Of a DNA stretch of 36,297 nt, positions 18,992 through 28,073 are shown piece after piece. Source of the DNA: Cryomorphaceae bacterium (lineage in GTDB: Bacteria > Bacteroidota > Bacteroidia > Flavobacteriales > BACL11); assembly GCA_014384505.1 (NCBI GenBank), contig JACNFT010000081.1, positions 1-36,297 of the forward strand. Direction: 5' to 3'. Each line of letters starts with the position of its first letter. Within the stretch, counting starts at the first letter, position 1. The notes under the pieces are model-generated. The model was not told where the DNA came from. It saw only the letters and a program-made list of their open reading frames with translations, and ran no database searches. The translations under genes and the position numbers were made by a program.

Positions 18992-19834
18992 ATGAATAAA
19001 TTAACACTTATTACCTTATTAGCTTGTGCTTTTACCATTAAAGCACAACAGAACCTAGTACTTAATGGGAGTTTTGAAAATAATACTCCTCCAACTGACT
19101 CACTAAATAACATCAATTGTTGGATAGGATTAGAAACTAAAATTGATTATGAGAACACGATTCATTACTCTTATCATTTTGGAGATGATTACACAATATC
19201 GCTTTTTAAACTCCCTTGCTTAATCTGCTTTCCACCAGTAACTTGGGGGGGTATTGCAAAGGATGGAGATTGGGCTTTAATAATGGGGAGCTGGGATGAA
19301 ACAATTATATTACCTCCGCTTAATGATACTACACATCTTATCAAACAAGGTAAAGTCTCTTTAGCCTTGAATGCTCCTTTATCGAATACAAAACGCTATA
19401 AGTTAAGCTTTTGGATTAAAGAAACACCACCAGACTCAACACTGCACTGTATTATGACTAAAGATAATTATGTGAATGTAGGTATTTCAAACTATAACGA
19501 TTTATTAGGTAAGCACTTAGTTACAACAAATTATGGAGACTCTATTTGGCAAGAGTATACTTATGTTTTTGAAACCCAAATGGCAGAAGAGTACATTACT
19601 GTAACGGTTGGCGTAAACGATACCATTGATTACAGTGTGTTTATTGACCATTTTGTGCTTACTGAAACAACTGAGCCTTTAACTACTGGTGTTAATGAAA
19701 TATATACTAATAGTAAAAAACAACTCCTTAAAATAGTAGATATTTTAGGCAAGGAAAGCAACCCTAACAAAAAAGGTTTACTCTTTTATATTTATAGTGA
19801 TGGTACTGTAGAGAAAAAACTGATTATTGAGTAA
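18992..19834 (+). CDS. Hypothetical exported protein with CBM-like N-terminus and short T9SS-CTD-like tail
   Basis: Signal peptide (..TIKA|Q); NLVLNGSFE start typical of CBM4/9-like beta-sandwiches; RYKLSFW, WQEYTYVF, FIDHFVL; tail KQLLKIVDILGKE..LLFYIYSDGTVEKKLIIE. Confidence 0.7.
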   Translation: MNKLTLITLLACAFTIKAQQNLVLNGSFENNTPPTDSLNNINCWIGLETKIDYENTIHYSYHFGDDYTISLFKLPCLICFPPVTWGGIAKDGDWALIMGSWDETIILPPLNDTTHLIKQGKVSLALNAPLSNTKRYKLSFWIKETPPDSTLHCIMTKDNYVNVGISNYNDLLGKHLVTTNYGDSIWQEYTYVFETQMAEEYITVTVGVNDTIDYSVFIDHFVLTETTEPLTTGVNEIYTNSKKQLLKIVDILGKESNPNKKGLLFYIYSDGTVEKKLIIE

Positions 19835-21252
19835 TGATAAGAATAAGTATTATCCTCCTATTTTTCCCAATACTTAGCTTTTCGCAGGGGATAACTATTA
19901 GCCATTTGCTAGGCAATGTTAATACCTATGGGCCTGAGCTCAATTTTGTTCAAATTGATGAGAATACAGCTTATTATACTTCTTCAACTTTTCAAGAAGA
20001 TATGTATCAGTCTGCTATTTTTTCAAGCACGCTTAAGGATGGGAGGTGGCAAAAAGGAAAGTATATTAATTTAGGAAATTCCTATTCAACCGCCAATAGT
20101 CATTTTCCAAAAAACGAGTTGGTTTTTTATTTTAGTGTCTGTGATGACCAAGGGAATTGTAAAATTGCCCTTAGGAATTATAAAAAGCAAATAACAGAAG
20201 AGTTAAACAGCAATATAAATTTGCTAAATTCAACAAACACTCAACCTCATATTGCAATTCATAATCAGCAAAAAGTAATGTATTTTGTTTCTGACAGGAA
20301 AGGTGGGTTTGGCGGCATGGATATATGGTTAAGTATAATTAATAAAGATGGAAAGTATGGCATCCCTATTAATGCTGGCGATAAAATTAATTCAGAATTT
20401 GATGAGATAACTCCTTTCTTTAATTCCTTTGAGGAAGTTTTATATTTTTCGTCCAACAGAGAAAACGGTGTAGGAGAATTTGATATTTATACTGCAAATG
20501 GAAAATTAAATTTATGGGATAAACCTATTAATGCAATTCAACTGAACACTAAGCAAGACGAAATGTACCTTTCTTTCTATTCCCAAACAAAAGGCTATTT
20601 TTCTTCTAATCGTAAAGGGGCGCTATACACTTCCAACGAGTTTTGTTGCAATGATATTTTTTCTTTTGAGTTAGCAAAACCGGTGATTGAAGAGCCAGAA
20701 AGTATTTTGCGGATTGCCCAGTATTTGCCCCTAAAATTATATTTCCATAATGATGAGCCTGATTGTTGTACTATGAGTGTTACAACTGATAAAACCTATA
20801 AGGATGCTTATATTTCCTATTTTAAAATGGAAGAAACATATAATTTGTACTCGCCTAACTTAACCGTTTTTTTTGAGGATTCTTTAAAGGGAAATTTTAA
20901 TAATCTAAAGCGTATTTTCTCTCATATGTTAGCTGATTTAAAGTTAGGAAAAAAATTACAATTACATGTTAAAGGTTTTTCTAGTCCATTGCATAAAAGG
21001 GAGTATAATATCAATTTATCAAAAAGAAGGATTCAGTCTTTTGTGAATTATTTAAGGTTATATGAAAATATGTCGTTTTCACCCTTTCTTAAATTAGGAT
21101 TTTTAGAAATTATTCAGTTGCCTTTTGGTGAAAGTAAATCCACCAAAAAAGTAAGCGATAACCCTAATGATAAGCTTAACTCAATATATAGTCTGGATGC
21201 AATTTTAGAGCGTAGAATTGAAATTATTGATGTGAAACTAATAGACGAGTAA
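19834..21252 (+). CDS. PD40 beta-propeller + OmpA-like C-terminal domain protein (reduced PorE-like)
   Basis: PD40 repeats YFVSDRKGGFGGMDIW, LYFSSNRENGVGEFDIY, YFSSNRKG; OmpA-like LYFHND..KGFSSP..YNINLSKRR..PFGE..ERRIEI. Confidence 0.8.
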   Translation: MIRISIILLFFPILSFSQGITISHLLGNVNTYGPELNFVQIDENTAYYTSSTFQEDMYQSAIFSSTLKDGRWQKGKYINLGNSYSTANSHFPKNELVFYFSVCDDQGNCKIALRNYKKQITEELNSNINLLNSTNTQPHIAIHNQQKVMYFVSDRKGGFGGMDIWLSIINKDGKYGIPINAGDKINSEFDEITPFFNSFEEVLYFSSNRENGVGEFDIYTANGKLNLWDKPINAIQLNTKQDEMYLSFYSQTKGYFSSNRKGALYTSNEFCCNDIFSFELAKPVIEEPESILRIAQYLPLKLYFHNDEPDCCTMSVTTDKTYKDAYISYFKMEETYNLYSPNLTVFFEDSLKGNFNNLKRIFSHMLADLKLGKKLQLHVKGFSSPLHKREYNINLSKRRIQSFVNYLRLYENMSFSPFLKLGFLEIIQLPFGESKSTKKVSDNPNDKLNSIYSLDAILERRIEIIDVKLIDE

Positions 21253-21840
21253 GGTAATTAGTTCCACACTTAATCCGACTAAAAACCCTGCATAAACTTG
21301 TGCATAATTATGTGCTTTTTGTTTTATCCTAGCTACCCCAAGCAAACCTGAAAGTAGAATAAACAATAGTAGTAGATAAAGGAAATCACCATGCATTATT
21401 TGCAAAGCTATAAAAACACCTACCACCCCACCTATACCCAATAAGTGCAAACTTATTTTCCAAAATTTTGAGATGATAGCGGCAAGTAAAATTATTAGTA
21501 TTGCTCCTAATATTTCAGCTTTTAATATCGGAGTGTAAAAGAGTAAGTTCTGAAGTAAATAGTAGCCAAATGACATCCAAATCACAGTTTTAAATAGTGG
21601 TAATGAGCGCTCTTTATGGTTGCTCATTTCAAGTGAACTTACTTTTCCTTTTTGCATAAGCCAAAAAATACTTATTAGAGGCAAAATCATAGTGCTAAAA
21701 ATAAGAATACCATAGATAAGAAGTAGGTTCTGACTAAGGGTAAAGGCAAGGGAAGGTAAAACAAGTAAAGTTAAGTGTAGGGCCAATATAGGCATGAACA
21801 TTGGGTGCAAAATAATTGAAATAAGTTGTGTTAATTTCAT
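21238..21840 (-). CDS. Membrane protein, PAP2-like (degenerate)
   Basis: About six hydrophobic segments; ISIILHP, KISLH..GIGG, GVARIKQKAHNYAQVYAGFLVG resemble PAP2 motifs 2 and 3. Confidence 0.65.
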   Translation of the reverse strand: MKLTQLISIILHPMFMPILALHLTLLVLPSLAFTLSQNLLLIYGILIFSTMILPLISIFWLMQKGKVSSLEMSNHKERSLPLFKTVIWMSFGYYLLQNLLFYTPILKAEILGAILIILLAAIISKFWKISLHLLGIGGVVGVFIALQIMHGDFLYLLLLFILLSGLLGVARIKQKAHNYAQVYAGFLVGLSVELITLLVY

Positions 21841-23159
21841 TATAGTTCTCTTCTTAATTTTGCAATCTGAATGTTTAGATTTTCTCGGTACTTTGCTACT
21901 GTTCTTCTTGCAATATGATAATCATCTTTCCCAAGTAGCTGAGCTAATTTTTCGTCTGTAAAAGGGTTAATTTTATCTTCTGATGCTATTATTTCTTGTA
22001 ATCTTGTTTTTATCTCTTTGGTGGAAATTAGTTCTCCATTATCTTTTCTATAGGCTTCTGAAAAAAGTTCTTTCAATTTAAAAGTACCAAAATGAGTTGC
22101 GATATATTTGGAGTTACTCACTCTTGAAATAGTGGAAATATCCATATTTACGATTTGAGCAATATCGGCTAGTTTCATAGGTTTTAACTCCTTTTCGTTT
22201 CCAGAAATAAAGTAAGATTCCTGTATCCCTAATATAGCAGTAACAACACTTTTTAAGGTATCATTTCTTTTTGTAATCGCATCTTTAAACCAATTTGCCT
22301 TTTCTACCTTTTCAACTAAAAATTTTTTGGTAGCTTCATCCTCTGTTTCCTTAAGCATGTTTTGATAATATGAACTTACCTTTATTGGTTTTACATTACT
22401 ATTATTTAGTTTAAGTTCTAGTTTACCATCAGCAATTGCAATGCTAAAATCAGGGTAAACATAAGCGATTCCTTCAGCATTTTTTGAAAACCCATTCCCC
22501 GGTATTGGATTAAGGGATTCAATTGTGGAGTACGCTTTTTTAAGTGTATCAAAATCAACATCAAGGTGTTTAGCTAAATGTTCAAAGTTTTTGTTGCTAA
22601 AAGGAATGTAATAATTACTAAGAATTTCTTTTTCTAATTCTTTTTCTGGGTGTTTGTGCTTAAGTTGTATCAGTAGACATTCTTGCAAATTTTTAGCTCC
22701 TACTCCAAACGGTTCAAGCTGTTGAACTATTGCAAGTGCATTATTAAGTTGCTGTTCATTAATATCAAGATTATTACTGATGAGTAAATCACTTGTTATT
22801 GAATGTAAATCTCTATTTAAAAATCCATTGTCATCAAGGCTATTTATAAGATAATTCACAAGAAATAATTGGTTTTCGTCAATGTCAAGTGCAATTACTT
22901 GCTGACTCAGGTAATCACTTAAACTTTCTGATTTATCTTCAATCTGAAATTGAATATCATCATTGTTATGTTGTTGGAAGCTTCTTTCTGAAAGATTTAT
23001 TTCTTCTTGCTCATCTTCTTCTAGGGCAGGATTTTCTTCTAGTTCTTCTTCAATCCTTTTTTCTAATGCGACAATAGGTATCTGCAAAAGTCCTAAAAAT
23101 TGTATCTGTTGAGGGCTTAGGCTCTGATACTGCTTTTGCTGTAACCTTTGTTTGTTCAT
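21840..23159 (-). CDS. rpoN: RNA polymerase sigma-54 factor
   Basis: Gln-rich region I (LSPQQIQ..LLQ), EENPALE, PFGVGAKNLQECLLIQL, MDISTISRV, RpoN box ARRTVAKYRE. Confidence 0.98.
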   Translation of the reverse strand: MNKQRLQQKQYQSLSPQQIQFLGLLQIPIVALEKRIEEELEENPALEEDEQEEINLSERSFQQHNNDDIQFQIEDKSESLSDYLSQQVIALDIDENQLFLVNYLINSLDDNGFLNRDLHSITSDLLISNNLDINEQQLNNALAIVQQLEPFGVGAKNLQECLLIQLKHKHPEKELEKEILSNYYIPFSNKNFEHLAKHLDVDFDTLKKAYSTIESLNPIPGNGFSKNAEGIAYVYPDFSIAIADGKLELKLNNSNVKPIKVSSYYQNMLKETEDEATKKFLVEKVEKANWFKDAITKRNDTLKSVVTAILGIQESYFISGNEKELKPMKLADIAQIVNMDISTISRVSNSKYIATHFGTFKLKELFSEAYRKDNGELISTKEIKTRLQEIIASEDKINPFTDEKLAQLLGKDDYHIARRTVAKYRENLNIQIAKLRREL

Positions 23160-23162
23160 CTA

Positions 23163-24596
23163 TTAGAATTCAGCATTTTGTGGTGTTCTGGGGAAAGGAA
23201 TTACATCTCTGATATTTTTCATTCCTGTAACAAACATGATTAGGCGTTCGAATCCTAAACCGAAACCACTATGGGTACAGGTGCCAAATTTTCTAGTTTC
23301 TAGGTACCACCATAATTCTTTTTGGCACACATCCATTTCTTCCATTCTCTCTTGTAGTTTGTCTAGTCGCTCTTCTCTTTGCGATCCTCCAACAATCTCC
23401 CCAATAGTTGGGAACAGAATATCCATTGCTCTAACGGTTTCATTATCCTCATTCATACGCATATAAAAGGCTTTAATTCCTTTTGGATAATCGGTAATGA
23501 TAACAGGTTTTTTGTACTTCTTTTCTACCAAATAACGCTCGTGTTCCGACTGCAAATCATCTCCGAATCCATTAATCGGGTATTGGAATTTCTTTTTCTT
23601 ATTTGGTTTTGAATTTCTTAAAACATCAATTGCTTCACGATACGTTAAGCGTACAAAATTATTTTCAATAACAAATTGTAATCTTTCTAATAAGCCCATT
23701 TCTGAGCGTTCTTCTTTTTTTAGTTTACTTTCCTCCTCCTCCATTCTGGCATCTAAAAACTGTAAGTCTTCTGCATTGTTTTCTATACAATATTGAATGC
23801 AATACTTTAAAAACTCTTCTGCCAAATCCATATTTTCATTCAAATCAGCAAATGCAACCTCTGGCTCTATCATCCAAAATTCTGATAAATGCCTAGAAGT
23901 GTTAGAGTTTTCAGCTCTAAAGGTTGGCCCGAACGTATAAACCTGTCCAAGTGCTAAAGCCCCCAACTCAGCTTCTAATTGCCCTGAAACGGTAAGATTT
24001 GTTTTGCTTCCAAAAAAATCTGCTGAAAAGTCAATTTTTCCTTCTTCATTTTTTGGTAAGTTTTCTAAATCAAGGTTAGTTACTTGAAATATTTCTCCTG
24101 CTCCTTCTGCGTCAGTACCAGTAATAATTGGGGTATGTAAATTGAAAAATCCCTTATCATTAAAGAATTTATGTACCGCAAAAGTTAAGGCATGACGCAA
24201 CCTAAATACTGCTGAAAATGTATTAGTTCTAAAGCGTAAATGAGCCTTTTCTCTTAAAAATTCTAGACTGTGTTTTTTAGGTTGTAGCGGATATTCATCA
24301 GCATCAGCACCCCCTAATATTTCAATGGTTTTTGCAAGAATTTCAACTGCCTGTCCACTTCCTTTGGATGCCACTAATTTACCGCTTACACTTATACAAG
24401 AACCTGTGGTAATCTGTTTAACTAACTCTTCATCAAAATCGCTAGCTTCAGCAACAACTTGAATGCTATTTATTGTTGAACCATCATTTAAAGCAATAAA
24501 AGAAACATGTTTACTTCCTCTTCTAGTTCTTACCCAACCTTTAACATGAATTTTTTGTTCGTTTCCTTCTGATTGAAGAATTTCCTTAATTTTCAT
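23163..24596 (-). CDS. asnS: Asparagine--tRNA ligase
   Basis: [79 protein letters not shown]. Start ambiguous: ATG 24596, GTG 24602 or TTG 24614. Confidence 0.98.
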   Translation of the reverse strand: MKIKEILQSEGNEQKIHVKGWVRTRRGSKHVSFIALNDGSTINSIQVVAEASDFDEELVKQITTGSCISVSGKLVASKGSGQAVEILAKTIEILGGADADEYPLQPKKHSLEFLREKAHLRFRTNTFSAVFRLRHALTFAVHKFFNDKGFFNLHTPIITGTDAEGAGEIFQVTNLDLENLPKNEEGKIDFSADFFGSKTNLTVSGQLEAELGALALGQVYTFGPTFRAENSNTSRHLSEFWMIEPEVAFADLNENMDLAEEFLKYCIQYCIENNAEDLQFLDARMEEEESKLKKEERSEMGLLERLQFVIENNFVRLTYREAIDVLRNSKPNKKKKFQYPINGFGDDLQSEHERYLVEKKYKKPVIITDYPKGIKAFYMRMNEDNETVRAMDILFPTIGEIVGGSQREERLDKLQERMEEMDVCQKELWWYLETRKFGTCTHSGFGLGFERLIMFVTGMKNIRDVIPFPRTPQNAEF

Positions 24597-24624
24597 ACTC
24601 ACTTTATTTTTCAATATTTTTCTC

Positions 24625-26562
24625 TTACCCTACTTGAGTGATAAGACTTTTTTCTAGTATTTTCTGTACTGAACTTACTATTGCTTTTGTATCATAATGA
24701 CAATCATTATACAATTCTTCTTGTGTACCATGATGAATGAAAATGTCAGGAATACCAAGCATTTTAACTTTAGCTTGATAATCATTATTTGCCATAAATT
24801 CTAAGATAGAACTTCCAAATCCACCTAGCAAACAACCGTCTTCAATCGTGATAATTTTATCAAATTTCTGGAAAATAGTATGCAATAGCTTTTCATCTAA
24901 AGGTTTTGCAAATCGCAAATCATAATGTGCAATATTTAAACCTTCTTTTTTAAATTGTTCTTGGGCGTTAACTACAAAATTTCCAGGATGACCAAAAGAT
25001 AAAATGGCAATTTCTTCACCTTCTTTTACAACTCTACCGGTTCCTATTTTAATTTCCTCAAAAGGTGTTTCCCAATCCAACATAACTCCATTTCCTCTTG
25101 GGTACCGTATTGAAAAAGGGCCTTGATTAGGCAATTGAGCGGTAAACATTAAATTTCTTAATTCCTTTTCATTCATAGGAGCAGAAACAATCATATTGGG
25201 AATGCATCTGAAAAAAGCTATATCATAAGCTCCATGATGAGTTGCCCCATCAGCACCAACCAATCCACCCCTGTCTAAACAAAAAACAACATTTAAATTT
25301 TGTAAGGCAACATCATGAATAACTTGGTCGTAAGCTCTTTGCATAAATGAGGAATAAATATTGCAAAAAGGTACTTTTCCTTGTGTTGCCATTCCTGCTG
25401 AGAAAGTAACTGCATGCTGTTCAGCTATCCCAACATCAAAAGTTCTTTCTGGCATCTCTGCCATCATTTTGCTTAAAGACGAACCTGAGAGCATGGCTGG
25501 ACTAACCCCTACAATTTGTTCATTTATTTTAGCAAGTTCTATTATTGTATCTCCAAATACATCTTGGTATTTTGGAGGTGTTTTTTTCTTTTCCCCAACT
25601 ATGAACTCCCCTGTTTCTTTATTAAAAATACCTGGAGCATGCCATTTTGTTGAGTTTCCTTTTTCAGCAGGGACGTATCCCTTACCCTTTACTGTTAGGC
25701 AGTGTAATATTTTAGGACCAGGAATATCTTTTAAGTCTTTTAAAACGCTAACTAAGTGTTCAGGGTCATGCCCGTCAATAGGACCGAAATACCTGAAATT
25801 TAGAGATTCAAAGTAATTGCTTTCACCTAGCAAAGTTGCTTTAACTACTTTTTCAACTTTTCTTGCTACTGCTTGTGCATTTGGTCCAAATTTACTGATT
25901 TTACCTAATATTTTCCAAATTTTATTTTTGGCTTTGTTATACGTTCGTGAAGTAGAAATGTCAGTTAAATATTCTTTTAAGGCTCCAACTGCAGGGTCAA
26001 TAGACATACAGTTATCATTCAAAATAACTAATAAGTTTGAGTTTTCTGCACCGGCATGGTTTAAAGCCTCAAAAGCTATCCCAGCAGTCATAGACCCATC
26101 ACCAATTACTGCAATATGTTGCTTATTTTTTTCGCCATTAACTTTAGAAGCCATAGCCATACCAAGTGCAGCAGAAATTGAGGTGGATGAATGTCCTACT
26201 CCAAAAGTATCATAAACACTTTCGCTTCTTTTTGGGAAACCACTTAATCCTTTATAAATTCTATTTGTTGGAAATTGTTCTTTTCGACCAGTAAGAATTT
26301 TATGACCATAAGCTTGATGTCCAACATCCCAAACCAACTGGTCAGAAGGAGTATTAAAAACATAATGCAAAGCAACAGTTAATTCAACAACTCCCAAACT
26401 AGCACCAAAATGTCCCCCTTTTTCTGATACAATATCAATAATATATTGCCTTAGTTCACTGCAAATTTGTTCCAGCTGATTTTTACTTAACTTTCGTAAA
26501 TCATCTGGATTATTAATGTTACTTAATAGTGGCCCTTGTGGATATTTTGTAGTTTTGGACAT
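24625..26562 (-). CDS. dxs: 1-deoxy-D-xylulose-5-phosphate synthase
   Basis: [69 protein letters not shown]. Confidence 0.98.
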   Translation of the reverse strand: MSKTTKYPQGPLLSNINNPDDLRKLSKNQLEQICSELRQYIIDIVSEKGGHFGASLGVVELTVALHYVFNTPSDQLVWDVGHQAYGHKILTGRKEQFPTNRIYKGLSGFPKRSESVYDTFGVGHSSTSISAALGMAMASKVNGEKNKQHIAVIGDGSMTAGIAFEALNHAGAENSNLLVILNDNCMSIDPAVGALKEYLTDISTSRTYNKAKNKIWKILGKISKFGPNAQAVARKVEKVVKATLLGESNYFESLNFRYFGPIDGHDPEHLVSVLKDLKDIPGPKILHCLTVKGKGYVPAEKGNSTKWHAPGIFNKETGEFIVGEKKKTPPKYQDVFGDTIIELAKINEQIVGVSPAMLSGSSLSKMMAEMPERTFDVGIAEQHAVTFSAGMATQGKVPFCNIYSSFMQRAYDQVIHDVALQNLNVVFCLDRGGLVGADGATHHGAYDIAFFRCIPNMIVSAPMNEKELRNLMFTAQLPNQGPFSIRYPRGNGVMLDWETPFEEIKIGTGRVVKEGEEIAILSFGHPGNFVVNAQEQFKKEGLNIAHYDLRFAKPLDEKLLHTIFQKFDKIITIEDGCLLGGFGSSILEFMANNDYQAKVKMLGIPDIFIHHGTQEELYNDCHYDTKAIVSSVQKILEKSLITQVG

Positions 26563-26573
26563 TTGTATACTCG

Positions 26574-26581
26574 CAAAGATA
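26574..26581 (-). promoter_or_regulatory. -7 promoter box (TATCTTTG on minus strand) for the dxs-asnS-rpoN run
   Basis: Plus-strand CAAAGATA; 11 nt separate the box from the dxs ATG. Confidence 0.7.
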
Positions 26582-26732
26582 CGGTATTTTAGATTTTTTA
26601 TGTAAAATAATGAATAAACAACTTGTATTTAATTAATTATTAAATTTTTGTTACTTTTCGCTAACATAATGTAGTTAATAATTGAAGCTGCTGTAACATA
26701 ATAGTTGCTGTATTTATTCTCAATTTTGTAAT

Positions 26733-28073
26733 ATGAATAGAATTATAATTATTTTTCTAGTAATGCCCCTTTTTACAATTGCAAATCAGGATAGTTTATT
26801 AACTTTTGATAAAGTTGGTGTCGATAGTATTGCTGAATTATCTGAGCACGTTGAGTTAAAACTAGCAAAGAGCAATCTCTTAAAACAAGAAAATATAATT
26901 GCTTGGAGATTACAGCAGTTAGATAAAAATACGCCAATGGATTTGGTATATAATGATCAAGTCCAAGTTTTTATTGATAGTTATCTAGGAAGAAACAAAG
27001 CTTTAATTTCCAGAATGAAAGGTTTAGCCCCATATTATTTCCCAATGTTTGAACGTGAGTTAGATCAATATAATTTACCACTTGAGTTTAAATATTTAGC
27101 TATTGTTGAGTCGGCTCTTAATCCTAAAGCTCGTTCGCGCTCTGGAGCTTCTGGTTTATGGCAATTTATGTACTTAACAGGTAAGCAATATGGGTTAGAG
27201 GTTACTTCTTATATGGATGAAAGGCAAGACCCTCTTAAAGCAACTAAATCTGCTTGTGAATATTTTGTAAGCTTATATGATACTTTCGGAGATTGGAATT
27301 TGGTTTTAGCAGCATATAATGGCGGTCCAGGTTATTTGCAACAAAAAATTGCAAGTGTTGGTTCTTCTGATTTTTGGGAATTATATCCTCATCTAAGAAA
27401 AGAGACAAGAAATTATGTTCCTACTTTTATTGCGGTAAATTATGCAATGCATTATGCAAACGAACACAATATTGCTATTGAAAACCCTAAAATTATTTTT
27501 AGCGATATTGACACACTTATTCTTAAAAAGGAAGTTGAATTAAAGGTTTTGACTGAATTATTATGTGTTAATGAACAAACCATAAATTATTTAAATCCAG
27601 CTTATAAAAAATCAATTTTCCCTAAAGGTGCAGTATTAACTTTTCCAAGTAATGCTGTGCATGATTTTAAGCTTAATGAAACGACTAATTATGCTTTTAT
27701 TGATGCTGTTAGGAATAAGCATATATTAATTGATGAAGAGCGTATTGTCTATAGAGTTGAAAAAGGCGATTATTTAGGAAGAATTGCAAAAGCACATAAT
27801 GTCCATGTTTTTGAGATTAAAGAATGGAATAAGTTAAAATCAACTAATTTAAATATAGGTGATAAATTAGTCATTTATGTCCAAAAAGGAAAGCTTTTAA
27901 CGGCTGAAAAAAAGTTTTTAGGTAATAGTGAATATATCATCCAAAAAGGGGATACACTTTGGGATATTGCTCAAAAACATAATGGGTTAAGTGTTTGGAA
28001 AATAAAAGCATTAAACAATATGGAAAGTGATAATTTAAAGCCAGGAACGACAATTCTATTACCAACTTCCTAA
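26733..28073 (+). CDS. mltD: Lytic transglycosylase MltD-like (SLT domain + 2 LysM)
   Basis: LAIVESALNP.A.S..GASGLWQFM, LAAYNGGPG, ETRNYVP; LysM YRVEKGDYLGRIA and YIIQKGDTLWDIA. Confidence 0.92.
   Translation: MNRIIIIFLVMPLFTIANQDSLLTFDKVGVDSIAELSEHVELKLAKSNLLKQENIIAWRLQQLDKNTPMDLVYNDQVQVFIDSYLGRNKALISRMKGLAPYYFPMFERELDQYNLPLEFKYLAIVESALNPKARSRSGASGLWQFMYLTGKQYGLEVTSYMDERQDPLKATKSACEYFVSLYDTFGDWNLVLAAYNGGPGYLQQKIASVGSSDFWELYPHLRKETRNYVPTFIAVNYAMHYANEHNIAIENPKIIFSDIDTLILKKEVELKVLTELLCVNEQTINYLNPAYKKSIFPKGAVLTFPSNAVHDFKLNETTNYAFIDAVRNKHILIDEERIVYRVEKGDYLGRIAKAHNVHVFEIKEWNKLKSTNLNIGDKLVIYVQKGKLLTAEKKFLGNSEYIIQKGDTLWDIAQKHNGLSVWKIKALNNMESDNLKPGTTILLPTS

Noticed and set aside
25361-26215. Two consecutive + strand ORFs (151 and 132 aa) antisense to dxs
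   Set aside because: Shadow ORFs of a highly conserved gene, with no recognisable motifs.
26659-26687. Possible chromosomal dif site (minus strand TTCAATTATTA-ACTACA-TTATGTTAGCG)
   Set aside because: The XerD-like arm matches 8/11 but the XerC arm lacks the ATAA end. By eye, codon-ending bias of + versus - genes is the same on both sides, so there is no sign of a replication-strand switch. A cumulative GC-skew plot would settle it.
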